Below, one piece after another: positions 35,581 through 45,763 of a DNA stretch of 64,000 bases (positions are counted from its first letter, which is position 1; each line of letters begins with the position of its first letter). The stretch comes from Candidatus Omnitrophota bacterium. Lineage in GTDB: Bacteria > Omnitrophota > Gorgyraeia > B26-G9. The position numbers and the translations under genes were made by a program. The stretch covers positions 30,951 to 94,950 of the forward strand of contig JACQZH010000007.1 in NCBI GenBank assembly GCA_016213925.1, read 5' to 3'. The notes below the pieces were generated by a model that did not search any database, was not told the origin of the DNA, and worked only from the letters and a program-made list of their open reading frames with translations.

Positions 35581-35625
35581 GGGGCAGCGGGTCACAAAAT
35601 TAACGCTCCCCCCCTGCCTTATTAT
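35581..35625 (+). terminator. Possible intrinsic terminator after the LamG gene (imperfect GC stem).
   Basis: ggggcagcg ... cgctccccc followed by ttattatt. Confidence 0.3.
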
Positions 35626-35679
35626 TCGGAAAGCGCGCTGTGGGACTTAGATAAAAGTATAAAAGATTGACCGAGGTCA

Positions 35680-35789
35680 GGTCCAAACTATTGACAAAAT
35701 TGCCATTTTTTATCCGCTTCTCTCTGCCCTGCTTCAATACCTACTCATTGAGGGACATTAACTTGATATTTTCTGCTGCAATTTTTCAG
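35680..35789. repeat. R1 copy 2.
   Basis: See 33408-33517. Confidence 0.85.
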
Positions 35790-35884
35790 GACGCTGAGGG
35801 ACGCGCAGGACGCTGAGGACGTAGATAAAAGTATAAAAGAGTAACCTGGTTCAAGTCTCGACTTGACTACATGTTAATTTGTAC

Positions 35885-36357
35885 GAGTTATGGGACATAC
35901 TAGTTAATTAGATATTGCCCATGGAATAAGTGTATTGCAACGAAAGGGAACGATGCCTGTTCCCTTAGACCCTTAGCCCATATTTCTTTTGTCCGCATAA
36001 AAGAAATATGGAAAAGAAAAAGCGCCCCAGTGGAATTTTTTTGCGATGTTCTTCTTTTTCTGGTTTAGCAGGCAAGATAATTCAGGTGAATGGATTCAGG
36101 CACGCATAAAAACTGCGTGCCTTCACGCCAATAAGGCAGTCCTGTCCGCCTGTGAAGCGGCGGGACCTCGATGTACTCTGTAGCGGGCCTTAGGGCGCTC
36201 CGACATCCTGTCTTCGCCCATTCACCAGAATTAAAGAACATCCGCTGAAAATTCCAAATGGGGAAATTCCATGCAGAAGCAAAAAAATTATTGCCGCGGT
36301 AAAAGATAAGGATTAAAATAGAAACACGTATAAAAATCACAAAAACAAAAGCAAAAG
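35885..36357. repeat. R2 copy B, interrupted by an insertion of about 220 bp (35967-36187). The insertion carries its own 13-bp-arm palindrome ccatatttctttt ... aaaagaaatatgg.
   Basis: Alignment with copy A. A further partial copy of the R2 5' end lies at 36388-36425. Confidence 0.8.
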
Positions 36358-36989
36358 TTAAACAAGGACGAGACCATAATTTAAGGAGCTGGGGATATAC
36401 TAGTTAGATAATTAGATATTGGAAGCCACCCGGGTAGACCTCGAAAGCAGAAAATAGCATCATCCGCTTCCTTCTAATCCAATATTTTTATCGACAAATA
36501 AAACAAAAAATAAATTTAACCAGGCTAAATACAGAGAAAACCAAGAAAATCTCTGTGTCCTCTGTGGTGGAAAATAGCGGCGAAAAATAAAGGGTTGCGG
36601 AGATTTAGTGTTGAGCCTGTAGGAAAAGCCCCAAAAACCGCTTATTTCGGGTATCAGGCGCATACAAATTTAAAAAATATGGTATAATGAAAATATGAAA
36701 ATGTTAAGGGGCAAGGCTAAGCTAATTAAAATGCCTAAAAGTGACGACCCTTTTATCGCTGAACCGCCACAACTATGTATTAGTTTTATATGGGAACTTA
36801 CGGCGGAATTGTGGTCATTGAAAGGAGCAGCATATGTTGAACGAAGATTACAAAGAAATGTTACAAATCTTATTAAACAATGAGGTAAAATTTTTTAAAA
36901 AAATTATCAGAAATAAAAAAGCTAAAGGAAGATAAAAAGATAAACGGGATGTTAAATATTAAAAGAGGAATAGGAATGTTAATCTTAAA

Positions 36990-37607
36990 ATGAGCGGACT
37001 TTTTTCCCGTGTGTATAGAAAAAACAATAACCAAAACGTTTATGTTGCCGGCATCCTGGGCAGCCCGCGTATCCAGGGTAATTGCGATATACTGCTGGAT
37101 AAAGCGCTGGAAGGCGCTTCGGCAACAGGAGCGAGGATAGAAAAAATCATTTTAAATAATTTTAATTTTTCCGGCTGCCTTTCCTGTGAAGATGTCCGCG
37201 ATGACGGCAATTGTAAAGTTAAAGACGATTTTCAGCAAATATACCGAAAGCTGTTTACGGCGGATATAATTATTATCGCCAGCCCGATTTACTTCGGGAG
37301 CCTGACTGCCCAGACAAAAACAATGATTGACCGTTTTCAGTGTTTTTGGCGCGCGGTAAATATCACCAAAACAATTGCTCTGGATAAGGAAAAACGCGGA
37401 GGGTTTATTTGCGTGCAGGCGGATAACCGGGAGGATTTTTTTAAGAACGCGCAGTTTGTCGTAAAGCAGTTTTTTGCCGCGATCGGGGTCAGGTATTGCG
37501 AGGAACTTTTTTGCCAGCAAGTTGAAGAAAAAGCGAGTATAAAAAACCGCCCGGAATGTTTAAAGGATGCGTTTGCTCTTGGAGAACTCTTAGTTAACAG
37601 GGAATAA
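36990..37607 (+). CDS. NADPH-dependent FMN reductase / flavodoxin-like fold protein with a Cys cluster (iron-sulfur flavoprotein-like).
   Basis: VYVAGILGSPRIQGN ... IIIASPIYFGSL is typical of the FMN_red family. A CLSCEDVRDDGNC cysteine cluster is present. Confidence 0.6.
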   Translation: MSGLFSRVYRKNNNQNVYVAGILGSPRIQGNCDILLDKALEGASATGARIEKIILNNFNFSGCLSCEDVRDDGNCKVKDDFQQIYRKLFTADIIIIASPIYFGSLTAQTKTMIDRFQCFWRAVNITKTIALDKEKRGGFICVQADNREDFFKNAQFVVKQFFAAIGVRYCEELFCQQVEEKASIKNRPECLKDAFALGELLVNRE

Positions 37608-37998
37608 AAGATGCGTATGACGTAAGATATAAGACGCAAGACATAAGACAAAGAACAGGCATACCCCAGAAACCGAAACCCCCTTATTTTTACTATTATC
37701 CCAAAAATTGCAATGGAAAATAAAAATCATGGTAACTTATTTCGAAAAAACCAGTTGCAAAATAAGGTCTCGCATAAAAAGGTATGTGCAATTTCCGGGA
37801 TACCTCGATGGCAAGTCTAAATCCTACTCGGATTTAGACTATCGACCCTATCGGGCGGATTTTCCCCATTGCAAAATCCGGGATTATTACGAAAAACAAT
37901 AAAATTACGTTTAGCAGATAAATAATTGTAAAAACACTGGGATTCATTTATAATAAAAACACTATTATTTCGATGTTTTTACCATTTTAAGGGATAGA

Positions 37999-40740
37999 GT
38001 GATTATGCAGACTGTTTCCGGCGATTTTAACCCGTTAGAGAAAATTAGCGAGGCTGTTAGTTTAGGGATGGAAAAATCATCCGACGGGGATGAAGGAAAA
38101 AATTCTTTAGCTGGGTTAACTCCGATGATGAATCAGTATTTGCGCATAAAGCAGGAGCATCAGGACGCTATCCTCTTTTTCCGCCTAGGAGATTTCTATG
38201 AAATGTTTTTTGACGACGCGAAAACAGCGTCCGCAATCTTAAGCCTTACGCTTACGTCCCGTGAAGCGGGGAAGAATAACCGTGTCCCGATGTGCGGGAT
38301 TCCCTTTCATGCCGGTGAAAACTATATCAGCCGCCTTTTGGCAGCAGGCCATAAAGTCGCTATTTGCGAGCAGACAGAAGACCCTAAGCAGGCTAAAGGG
38401 ATAGTTAAGCGGGAGATTGTCCGTATCATAACTGCCGGTACAATGATCAGTCAGAATCTGCTTTCAAAAACGCACAATAATTATTTAATCAGCGTTTACC
38501 GCAAGTCTAATCAGGAATACGGGTTATCCGCGGTAGACCTTTCAACAGGAGAGTTCATGGTAACTGAACTTAAGAGCATGGAAACATTTTTAAGCGAACT
38601 TACCAGGCTTGCTCCGGCAGAAGTGCTGTTTTCGCAATCTGTCATGGCTGATGCGGTTTTTATCGATAAAATCAAACAGCGTTTTAATGCGGCGCTTAGC
38701 GCAATTGAGGATTGGACATTTGATTTTACTTATGGATATGAAAAATTAACTGCGCATTTTAAAGTAAAAAACTTAAACGGATTTGGCTGTGACAATATGC
38801 CTTTGGCAGTTAGCTCTGCTGGCGCGCTGCTAAGGTATCTGGAACAAACCCAGAAAACCCAGATAAGCCACATTACTAAATTGCAGCCGTATTCGCTGAA
38901 TAAATTTATGGTTCTTGACAGCATTGCCCAGCGGACATTAGAACTTGTGCGTTCAGTGCGTAATGATAAGAAATCGACTCTTTTGAACGAACTTGACTTT
39001 ACGCATACTCCGATGGGAGCGAGGCTTATTATTCAGTGGATCCAGCAGCCGCTTTTGGATATCGCGCAGATAAATCAGCGCTTGGATGCTGTGGCGGAAC
39101 TTTTTGATAATCAATCTCTGCGCAATACGTTAAAAGATACGTTTAAGCTGATCGTTGATATTGAAAGATTACTTAGCCGGATAAGCTTAAATGCTGCGAA
39201 TGCCAGGGATGTTTTTACTTTAAATGAGTCTTTGAAAATAATCCCGCGATTGAAAGCGCTTTTAACAGGCAAAAAAAGCCGGTTGTTGGTTGAGATTAAG
39301 GAAAACTTGGTTGATCAAGGCCGGTTATGCGAGTTTTTGGATAAGTCTGTCCGTGACGACGCGCCTTTATCCGTGCGCGAGGGAAGGATGATCCGCGAGG
39401 GAGTTAATGCCGAGCTTGATGAATTGATTAAGCTTACTAAAGGAGGCAGGGACTGGATTGCCAGGCAGCAGCAGAAAGAAATTGAACGCACCGGAATCAA
39501 TTCGCTTAAAATTAAATACAATAGCGTATTTGGTTATTATATTGAAGTGACAAAAACCAACCTGCATTTGGTTCCGGCTGATTATATCCGCAAGCAAACG
39601 CTGGTTAACGCGGAACGGTTTATTACTCCGGAACTGAAAGAGCAGGAGGAAAAAATCCTTTCCGCGCAGGAAAGAATGATTGAGCTTGAATATAAAGTGT
39701 TTATGGATATTTGCCGTAAAATTATGGACAGCCTTGAGCCTATACAGGCAAGCGCGGGAAGCATCGCGCTGCTAGATGTCTTAAACAGCTTTGCTGAAGC
39801 GGCGGCGCGCAATAGATATGCGAGGCCGCAGCTTTACAATGATTCGACAATTAATATTAAGGAAGGCCGACATCCTGTATTGGAAAATCTGCTTAGCGCG
39901 CGGAAGTTTATTCCTAATGATACAGTGCTTGATTCAAGCGGTAACCAGATATTGATTATAACCGGGCCGAATATGGCCGGTAAATCCACTTATATCCGCC
40001 AGGTTGCCTTAACCATTCTTATGGCGCAGATGGGCAGTTTTGTTCCAGCTAAGGAGGCGCATATAGGGATAGTGGACAGGATTTTTACCCGCGTAGGCGC
40101 TGCTGATGATATCAGTGCTGGTATGAGCACGTTTATGATGGAGATGAGTGAAACGGCAAATATATTGAATAACGCGACGTCAAAAAGCATGATAATCCTG
40201 GATGAAATAGGCCGCGGTACAAGTACCTTTGACGGCTTGAGCATTGCCTGGGCAACGGCTGAATTTTTGCATAATAACAAATCGGCAAAACCAAAAACTT
40301 TATTTGCCACACATTATCATGAATTAGCGGAAATGGAAATGCTATTTAACGGAATAAAAAATTATAACATTGCTGTGCGCGAGTGGAACGACGAAGTGGT
40401 GTTTCTTTATAAGCTTATGCCGGGCCAGGCGGACCATTCTTACGGTATCCATGTGGCCCGTTTAGCCGGAATGCCGAAAGAGGTTATTTCGCGCGCGCGT
40501 GAAATTTTAAGCAATCTTGAGATAAACAGCATAACGAATGACGGGATCCCCAGCCTTGTGAAATCAAGCAAAGATAAGAATAAAACAAAAGAGACACAGA
40601 AAGAATTATTCGGCCGGAAGGAAAATCCGCTTTTAAATGAAATAAAAACTTTGGATATCAGCAGGCTTAGCCCGCTTAACGCGTTAAACCTGATCAACGG
40701 CTGGCAGGAGGACTTAAAGGAGCAGGATGGGAAAGATTAA
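37999..40740 (+). CDS. mutS: DNA mismatch repair protein MutS.
   Basis: TPMMNQYLRIK, Walker A GPNMAGKST, and a C-terminal HTH region. Confidence 0.95.
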   Translation: MIMQTVSGDFNPLEKISEAVSLGMEKSSDGDEGKNSLAGLTPMMNQYLRIKQEHQDAILFFRLGDFYEMFFDDAKTASAILSLTLTSREAGKNNRVPMCGIPFHAGENYISRLLAAGHKVAICEQTEDPKQAKGIVKREIVRIITAGTMISQNLLSKTHNNYLISVYRKSNQEYGLSAVDLSTGEFMVTELKSMETFLSELTRLAPAEVLFSQSVMADAVFIDKIKQRFNAALSAIEDWTFDFTYGYEKLTAHFKVKNLNGFGCDNMPLAVSSAGALLRYLEQTQKTQISHITKLQPYSLNKFMVLDSIAQRTLELVRSVRNDKKSTLLNELDFTHTPMGARLIIQWIQQPLLDIAQINQRLDAVAELFDNQSLRNTLKDTFKLIVDIERLLSRISLNAANARDVFTLNESLKIIPRLKALLTGKKSRLLVEIKENLVDQGRLCEFLDKSVRDDAPLSVREGRMIREGVNAELDELIKLTKGGRDWIARQQQKEIERTGINSLKIKYNSVFGYYIEVTKTNLHLVPADYIRKQTLVNAERFITPELKEQEEKILSAQERMIELEYKVFMDICRKIMDSLEPIQASAGSIALLDVLNSFAEAAARNRYARPQLYNDSTINIKEGRHPVLENLLSARKFIPNDTVLDSSGNQILIITGPNMAGKSTYIRQVALTILMAQMGSFVPAKEAHIGIVDRIFTRVGAADDISAGMSTFMMEMSETANILNNATSKSMIILDEIGRGTSTFDGLSIAWATAEFLHNNKSAKPKTLFATHYHELAEMEMLFNGIKNYNIAVREWNDEVVFLYKLMPGQADHSYGIHVARLAGMPKEVISRAREILSNLEINSITNDGIPSLVKSSKDKNKTKETQKELFGRKENPLLNEIKTLDISRLSPLNALNLINGWQEDLKEQDGKD

Positions 40741-42478
40741 GATATTGGCGCAAAATTTAGCTGATAAGATTGCCGCCGGCGAAGTAGTGGAACGGCCGGC
40801 TTCTGTAGTCAAAGAACTGCTTGAGAACGCGCTGGATGCCGGCAGTACGGGCATTGAAATAATCGTGGAAAATGCTGGCTGTACTTTAATTAAAATTATC
40901 GATGACGGCCAGGGCATGGATGCGGAAGATTTGCAAAAAGCGGTACTGCGGCACGCGACAAGCAAAATAAGCGAGGAAAAAGACCTGTTTGGGATTAAAA
41001 CTCTGGGGTTTCGCGGCGAAGCTTTGGCAAGCATTGCCGCGGTAAGTTTTCTTACGATTAATTCCTGCGCTGTTAATGAAAATACCGGATGGCAGATTAG
41101 CATTGAGGGCGGCGCGGTTAAAAAATTTTCCCAAACCGCGCGGACTCAAGGCACAACGGTTGAAGTCAGGAACTTATTTTTTAATACTCCGGCCAGGCTG
41201 AAATTTTTAAAAAGCGACGCTACGGAGATGATTAATATTGTCCGTCAAGTAAGCGAATTAGCTTTAGCCTATCCGGGAGTGTCGTTTAAGCTAGTGCATA
41301 ACAGGGAAGAACTGATAAATTGCGATAGGACGGGTAATTTATTGGAACGGATCAGGGTTTTACTTCCGGAAAAAGTTACCGAGCAGCTTATTCCGGCCGA
41401 ATTTTCCGCGGCCGCTTTAAAAATCAGAGGATTTATTTCTAAAGCCGGAAGCGGTTCGCAAAACCGTAAAAACCAGTATATCTTTGTGAATAACCGCCCG
41501 GTAACCGATAAGACCGTGACGCATGCGCTGATCCAGGGGTATCATGGATTTATTATGGAGAAGCAGTTTCCCTGCGTATTTATTTTTATCAATATTCCGC
41601 TGGATATGGTGGATGTTAATGTGCATCCGAACAAGCGGGAAGTGCGTTTTCGGCAGGCAGCTGCGCTGCACGATATTATTGTAAAGGTTGTGCGGGATGT
41701 TTTGACGGATAAGAATATCCTGCCGCGTTTAGGAAAAGAAAGCGACAACGGACCGGAACAGTTAACTCAAGACGGCATATATAAAAACAATAAACCGTTT
41801 GGCGGGGGATATACGTTTATGTCAGCGCCGCAAAACTCCGGTTATGCGGCAGAAAAAACCGCGCAGCCTTTATTTTGGGGAAAAGATGATTTTTCCGCCA
41901 AAGCGCAAAGCCCGGCATTTCAACAGGCAAATAATACTTATATTATTATTCCGGATGAAAAAGGAGTTTTATTTATAGATCAGCATGCGGCGCATGAACG
42001 GATTATTTTTGATGAGATAAAAAAACAATTTGACCGAAAAAAAGTTGAAAAACAAAAATTACTACTTCCGGTTACGCTGCATCTGGACAGGGAACAAAGC
42101 CTGGTTTTGGAAGAATACAAGGACTTTTTCCAAGCGGCGGGTTTTGAGGTTGAAAATTTCGGCGAGAATACTTATATCGTCAATACTTATCCAAGCGTGC
42201 TGGATAAAGCTGATATTTCCGAACAGCTTGAAAAAATTATTTCCCAGATAGCGGAACTGGAGATCAACCCTAAGGATCAAGCGCAATTTTCCTGGTTTCT
42301 TGCTTCGGTTGCTTGTCATTGCGCTGTACGCGCAAATGAGAAATTATCCCAAGAAAAGGCTGCCGCGCTGATTTCGCGGCTGTGGCAGACAGACGCGCCT
42401 TATACCTGCCCGCACGGCCGTCCTACAATGATAAATATTACCTGGCCTGAACTGGAAAAAAGGTTTAAAAGAAAATGA
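40727..42478 (+). CDS. mutL: DNA mismatch repair protein MutL.
   Basis: GHKL N-terminus (ELLENALDAG, GFRGEAL). Overlaps the mutS stop. Confidence 0.95.
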   Translation: MGKIKILAQNLADKIAAGEVVERPASVVKELLENALDAGSTGIEIIVENAGCTLIKIIDDGQGMDAEDLQKAVLRHATSKISEEKDLFGIKTLGFRGEALASIAAVSFLTINSCAVNENTGWQISIEGGAVKKFSQTARTQGTTVEVRNLFFNTPARLKFLKSDATEMINIVRQVSELALAYPGVSFKLVHNREELINCDRTGNLLERIRVLLPEKVTEQLIPAEFSAAALKIRGFISKAGSGSQNRKNQYIFVNNRPVTDKTVTHALIQGYHGFIMEKQFPCVFIFINIPLDMVDVNVHPNKREVRFRQAAALHDIIVKVVRDVLTDKNILPRLGKESDNGPEQLTQDGIYKNNKPFGGGYTFMSAPQNSGYAAEKTAQPLFWGKDDFSAKAQSPAFQQANNTYIIIPDEKGVLFIDQHAAHERIIFDEIKKQFDRKKVEKQKLLLPVTLHLDREQSLVLEEYKDFFQAAGFEVENFGENTYIVNTYPSVLDKADISEQLEKIISQIAELEINPKDQAQFSWFLASVACHCAVRANEKLSQEKAAALISRLWQTDAPYTCPHGRPTMINITWPELEKRFKRK

Positions 42479-42494
42479 AAGAAGAAGGCCGGTT

Positions 42495-43940
42495 ATGAAA
42501 ATAAAAAAAGAGCTGGCAGTTAACGCGCTGTTTTTAGTAATGGTTATTTTCGGCGGATTTTTTATAACAAAAAAAACAGCATTTTTTTTTGCGCGGCAGG
42601 CCCTAAAAAAACAAAATCAGGGGGATTTTTCCGCGGCAGAGCCGTTATATCTAAGGTCACTCAAACTTTTTCCAATCGCAGAGGCGTATTTTAATTTAGG
42701 GTGTATTTATAAAGACCGCGGAGACTTTGATCAGGCAGTAGCGCAATATAAGCAAGCGTTAAAAATGGCTCCGGGTAATGAAGGGGCTTATGAGGAGTTA
42801 ATTTCAATTTATGAGGAAAACGGCGACGCGCAAACAGCCCAAGCGTACCGGCAAATGCAGGAGCGCAACTGCAAAATAACTTTTGACAACGGGACAAACA
42901 GCGGCGAGGCAGACAAGCAGGAACAGGCAATTATTTTATATAACGAAGCTGTAAAGTTTTTGGAAGCCGGAATAGTTGAGCAAGCGCTGGATAATCTTAA
43001 TAAGGCAATTGCATTACAAAGCTTATTTTGGCAGGCATATTCTTTATCGGCAGATTGTTATATCCGGCAAAATAGGCTCAAAGAAGCGCTTAACAGTTAC
43101 AATAATATTTTACGTTTATCGCCGCAGGACGCGGATATGGCGCGTATTTATAGTAATATGGGTTTTATTTGCATGTGTTTTGAACAGTATGGACGGGCAA
43201 TTCAGTATTTTCAGGCCGCGTATGATTTAGAGCCGGATAATATTGATATTGCTTATAGCCTGGCATCAGTCTTAAGAGATAATCAGCAGGCCGGGCTGGC
43301 TTTAGAGTTTTTTAAACGAATAGAGGTAAAAGCGCCGGATTATCCGGGTCTGCATAATGATTTGGGAGAGATTTATCTATTATCAGGAGAAACTGAATCG
43401 GCGCAGTATGAGTTTCATAAAGAGATAGAACAAGTTAATAAAGATATTTCTGAGAAGAAAGAAAATCCGCTTAACCGGCTGCGGATGGCAAAAGCTTATA
43501 GCGGATTGGGAGAGGATGAAAAAGCGCTGGAGTATATTAATGCCGTGATTCAAGAAAGGCCGAATTATCAGCAGGCGTATTATGTGCGCGCCCAGATAAA
43601 GCGTAAATTGGGATTGCAGAAAGAGGCAGAGGATGATTTGGAAAACGCAAAAACTATTCCTGCTACGCAGCGAATAATACCAGCCGGGGGAAAAATTATA
43701 CGCAGGGCAGATATTAAAAAAATTGTTTCTGAAAATATAAAACAAGTAAGGCAAACAGCCAAGCCTTTGTTTTTGGATAAAGAAGATATAATTATTTATT
43801 TGAAAAATGGGTATACGGTACGCGGTAAGCTTAAAAAAGAAACGGATACGGTTATTACCATAGATATTCCAACAGGAGGTTCTTACGGAACGGTTTCTTT
43901 TAGCAAGAAAAAGATAGAAAAAATTCAAAAAATAAACTAA
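42495..43940 (+). CDS. Membrane-anchored TPR-repeat protein with a distinct C-terminal domain of about 50 aa, also found in the esterase at 48706.
   Basis: Multiple TPR motifs (AYFNLGCIY, AYEELISIYE and others). The C-terminus reads IIYLKNGYTVRGKLKKETD. Confidence 0.7.
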   Translation: MKIKKELAVNALFLVMVIFGGFFITKKTAFFFARQALKKQNQGDFSAAEPLYLRSLKLFPIAEAYFNLGCIYKDRGDFDQAVAQYKQALKMAPGNEGAYEELISIYEENGDAQTAQAYRQMQERNCKITFDNGTNSGEADKQEQAIILYNEAVKFLEAGIVEQALDNLNKAIALQSLFWQAYSLSADCYIRQNRLKEALNSYNNILRLSPQDADMARIYSNMGFICMCFEQYGRAIQYFQAAYDLEPDNIDIAYSLASVLRDNQQAGLALEFFKRIEVKAPDYPGLHNDLGEIYLLSGETESAQYEFHKEIEQVNKDISEKKENPLNRLRMAKAYSGLGEDEKALEYINAVIQERPNYQQAYYVRAQIKRKLGLQKEAEDDLENAKTIPATQRIIPAGGKIIRRADIKKIVSENIKQVRQTAKPLFLDKEDIIIYLKNGYTVRGKLKKETDTVITIDIPTGGSYGTVSFSKKKIEKIQKIN

Positions 43941-44063
43941 GTTTTTCTTTGACTATTGGATACTTGCTGCGGTAAGATTAAAATATTGAGGGAGACCGGA
44001 TTATTAGTTATTTTTGTTTGAATATGCAGTTTTAAAAAGGCCGGATTTATAACGAAAGGAGAG

Positions 44064-44486
44064 TTGATGGAAAACAAGAGAATAGCGTGTGTGGTTTTAT
44101 TTGCTTTGATCGTGTTTTGTCCTGTGCGGGTAGTTGCCGGGGTTATCGGACAAAACGATGATGAAGTACGTTTAGTATGCGACCCGCTTTTAGATAATAT
44201 TTTCACCGGCCTCGACGAGGATAACTATTTCCAGTATTCCCGCGATTTTGATATGTCGCTTAAACAAACACTTTCTACAGGGCGCTTTGAAGAAGTAAGA
44301 ACACAGATTATGAATTGGGCGGGAAATTGTTTATACAGGGAGTATCTAGGTTTTATCAATAGAAAAGCGATAACGATTGTTTTTTGGAAAGGGGTATTTG
44401 ATAAGACTAACGATGATATTTTGATTAAAATGGTTGTTAGCGAAAAAGACGGCAGGTATTTAATTACAGGGCTGTGGTTTCAGTGA
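44064..44486 (+). CDS. Small secreted protein, conserved family (paralog of 48185-48598).
   Basis: Signal peptide. The C-terminal block WKGVFDKTNDDILIKMVVSEKDGRYLITGLWFQ is shared with the paralog. Confidence 0.5.
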   Translation: MMENKRIACVVLFALIVFCPVRVVAGVIGQNDDEVRLVCDPLLDNIFTGLDEDNYFQYSRDFDMSLKQTLSTGRFEEVRTQIMNWAGNCLYREYLGFINRKAITIVFWKGVFDKTNDDILIKMVVSEKDGRYLITGLWFQ

Positions 44487-44643
44487 TAGATGAGTAACCG
44501 GTTGCCAGTAACCAGGCCTCTCAAAAATTTACTTTGGAGTAAATTTTTGAGTTGGAGTCCCCGAAGGGGAAACCAGAGAACAGAAGAAATAGTATTTGAG
44601 AGATATGTTGATTTCCGCAGCGTAGGATAAAACGTAATTTCGC

Positions 44644-45189
44644 ATGAAGAAACAGATTTATGGCATAATAATAGAGTGCAGGGAAGGCAACATTGTTCAA
44701 CAGCCGGATATTAGTGTCATTGTCAATGCCGCTAATGCGCAGCTTGTCCCGGGAGGAGGGGTTGACGGGGCAATTCACAGAGCCGCAGGCTCGGAGCTTG
44801 CTTATGAGAGCAGTAAATTTGCCCCGATTAAACCGGGTGAAGCGGTTATTACTTCAGCGTATAAGTTACCAAATAAATATGTAATTCATTGTTTAGGCCC
44901 TGTATATGGCAAGGATTATCCGGCTGATATTCTGCTTGGGAATTGCTACCGCAATGCATTAGAGTTTGCCGAAACGTATTGCGTAGAGTCGATTGCGTTC
45001 CCTGCGATTTCGACAGGAGCGTTTGCTTATCCAATGGAAGATGCGGCCCGCGTAGCCCTTGGCGCGGTTATTGAAGCGGCAGGGAAATTTCAAAAAGTAA
45101 AATTAGTGCGTTTTGTGCTTTATAAGAGAGAACATCTTAAGGTGCATGAAAAAGTCTTTAGTGAATTGACGAAAAAAATTAAGGCGTGA
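44644..45189 (+). CDS. Macro domain protein (O-acetyl-ADP-ribose deacetylase, YmdB-like).
   Basis: IVNAANAQLVPGGGVDGAIHRAAG macro-domain signature. Confidence 0.85.
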   Translation: MKKQIYGIIIECREGNIVQQPDISVIVNAANAQLVPGGGVDGAIHRAAGSELAYESSKFAPIKPGEAVITSAYKLPNKYVIHCLGPVYGKDYPADILLGNCYRNALEFAETYCVESIAFPAISTGAFAYPMEDAARVALGAVIEAAGKFQKVKLVRFVLYKREHLKVHEKVFSELTKKIKA

Positions 45190-45229
45190 TTTTTAGCTGA
45201 TGGGGCTTAATAAATATTAAGGGAGTAGC

Positions 45230-45763
45230 ATGAAAGTAAATAAAGCGGTTTTTGCCGGGATGTTGTTTGTGATGATATTATCTAATGTTGCGGGCCTAAA
45301 CGCGCAGGAAGACGCGGTTTTATATAATCATGCCAGGCAGGCGGTTTTAAGCGGGGAAATAGATTTTGCGTTCAATTATTTTTATTCGCTGCTGCAGTAT
45401 TCAGCATCGTCAAGATATTATCAAGATGCGGTTTTTGCCTGCGGAGAATATTATTTTTTAAATAATGATTACTATGTCTCCTCAAAGATGTTTACGGATT
45501 TTATTAAGGCTTGCCCGCAATCAGAAGCATTTCCTTTTGCGATTGTTTATTTGAAGAAAATGGCCGCTTCTTTAGAAGAAGCAAACGCGGCATATGATTT
45601 TAAAAAAAACATCATCAAATTTAAACAGTTAAGCCTGCTTTTTAGCGAGTTTAAGGAATATGAATATGTTTCTCCGTTAGGGTTAAAGTACAAAGCGTTA
45701 TATTATATCGACAGAGCGGAATTTTATATAAATGGGGAGCTGTTTGAAAAAGTATATTTCTAA
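45230..45763 (+). CDS. Secreted hypothetical protein.
   Basis: Signal peptide; Tyr/Phe-rich; no motif recognised. Confidence 0.45.
   Translation: MKVNKAVFAGMLFVMILSNVAGLNAQEDAVLYNHARQAVLSGEIDFAFNYFYSLLQYSASSRYYQDAVFACGEYYFLNNDYYVSSKMFTDFIKACPQSEAFPFAIVYLKKMAASLEEANAAYDFKKNIIKFKQLSLLFSEFKEYEYVSPLGLKYKALYYIDRAEFYINGELFEKVYF

Noticed and set aside
36065-36340. 91-aa minus-strand ORF inside repeat R2 copy B.
   Set aside because: It falls entirely within the dispersed repeat and its insertion, has a compositionally odd translation, and is most likely spurious.
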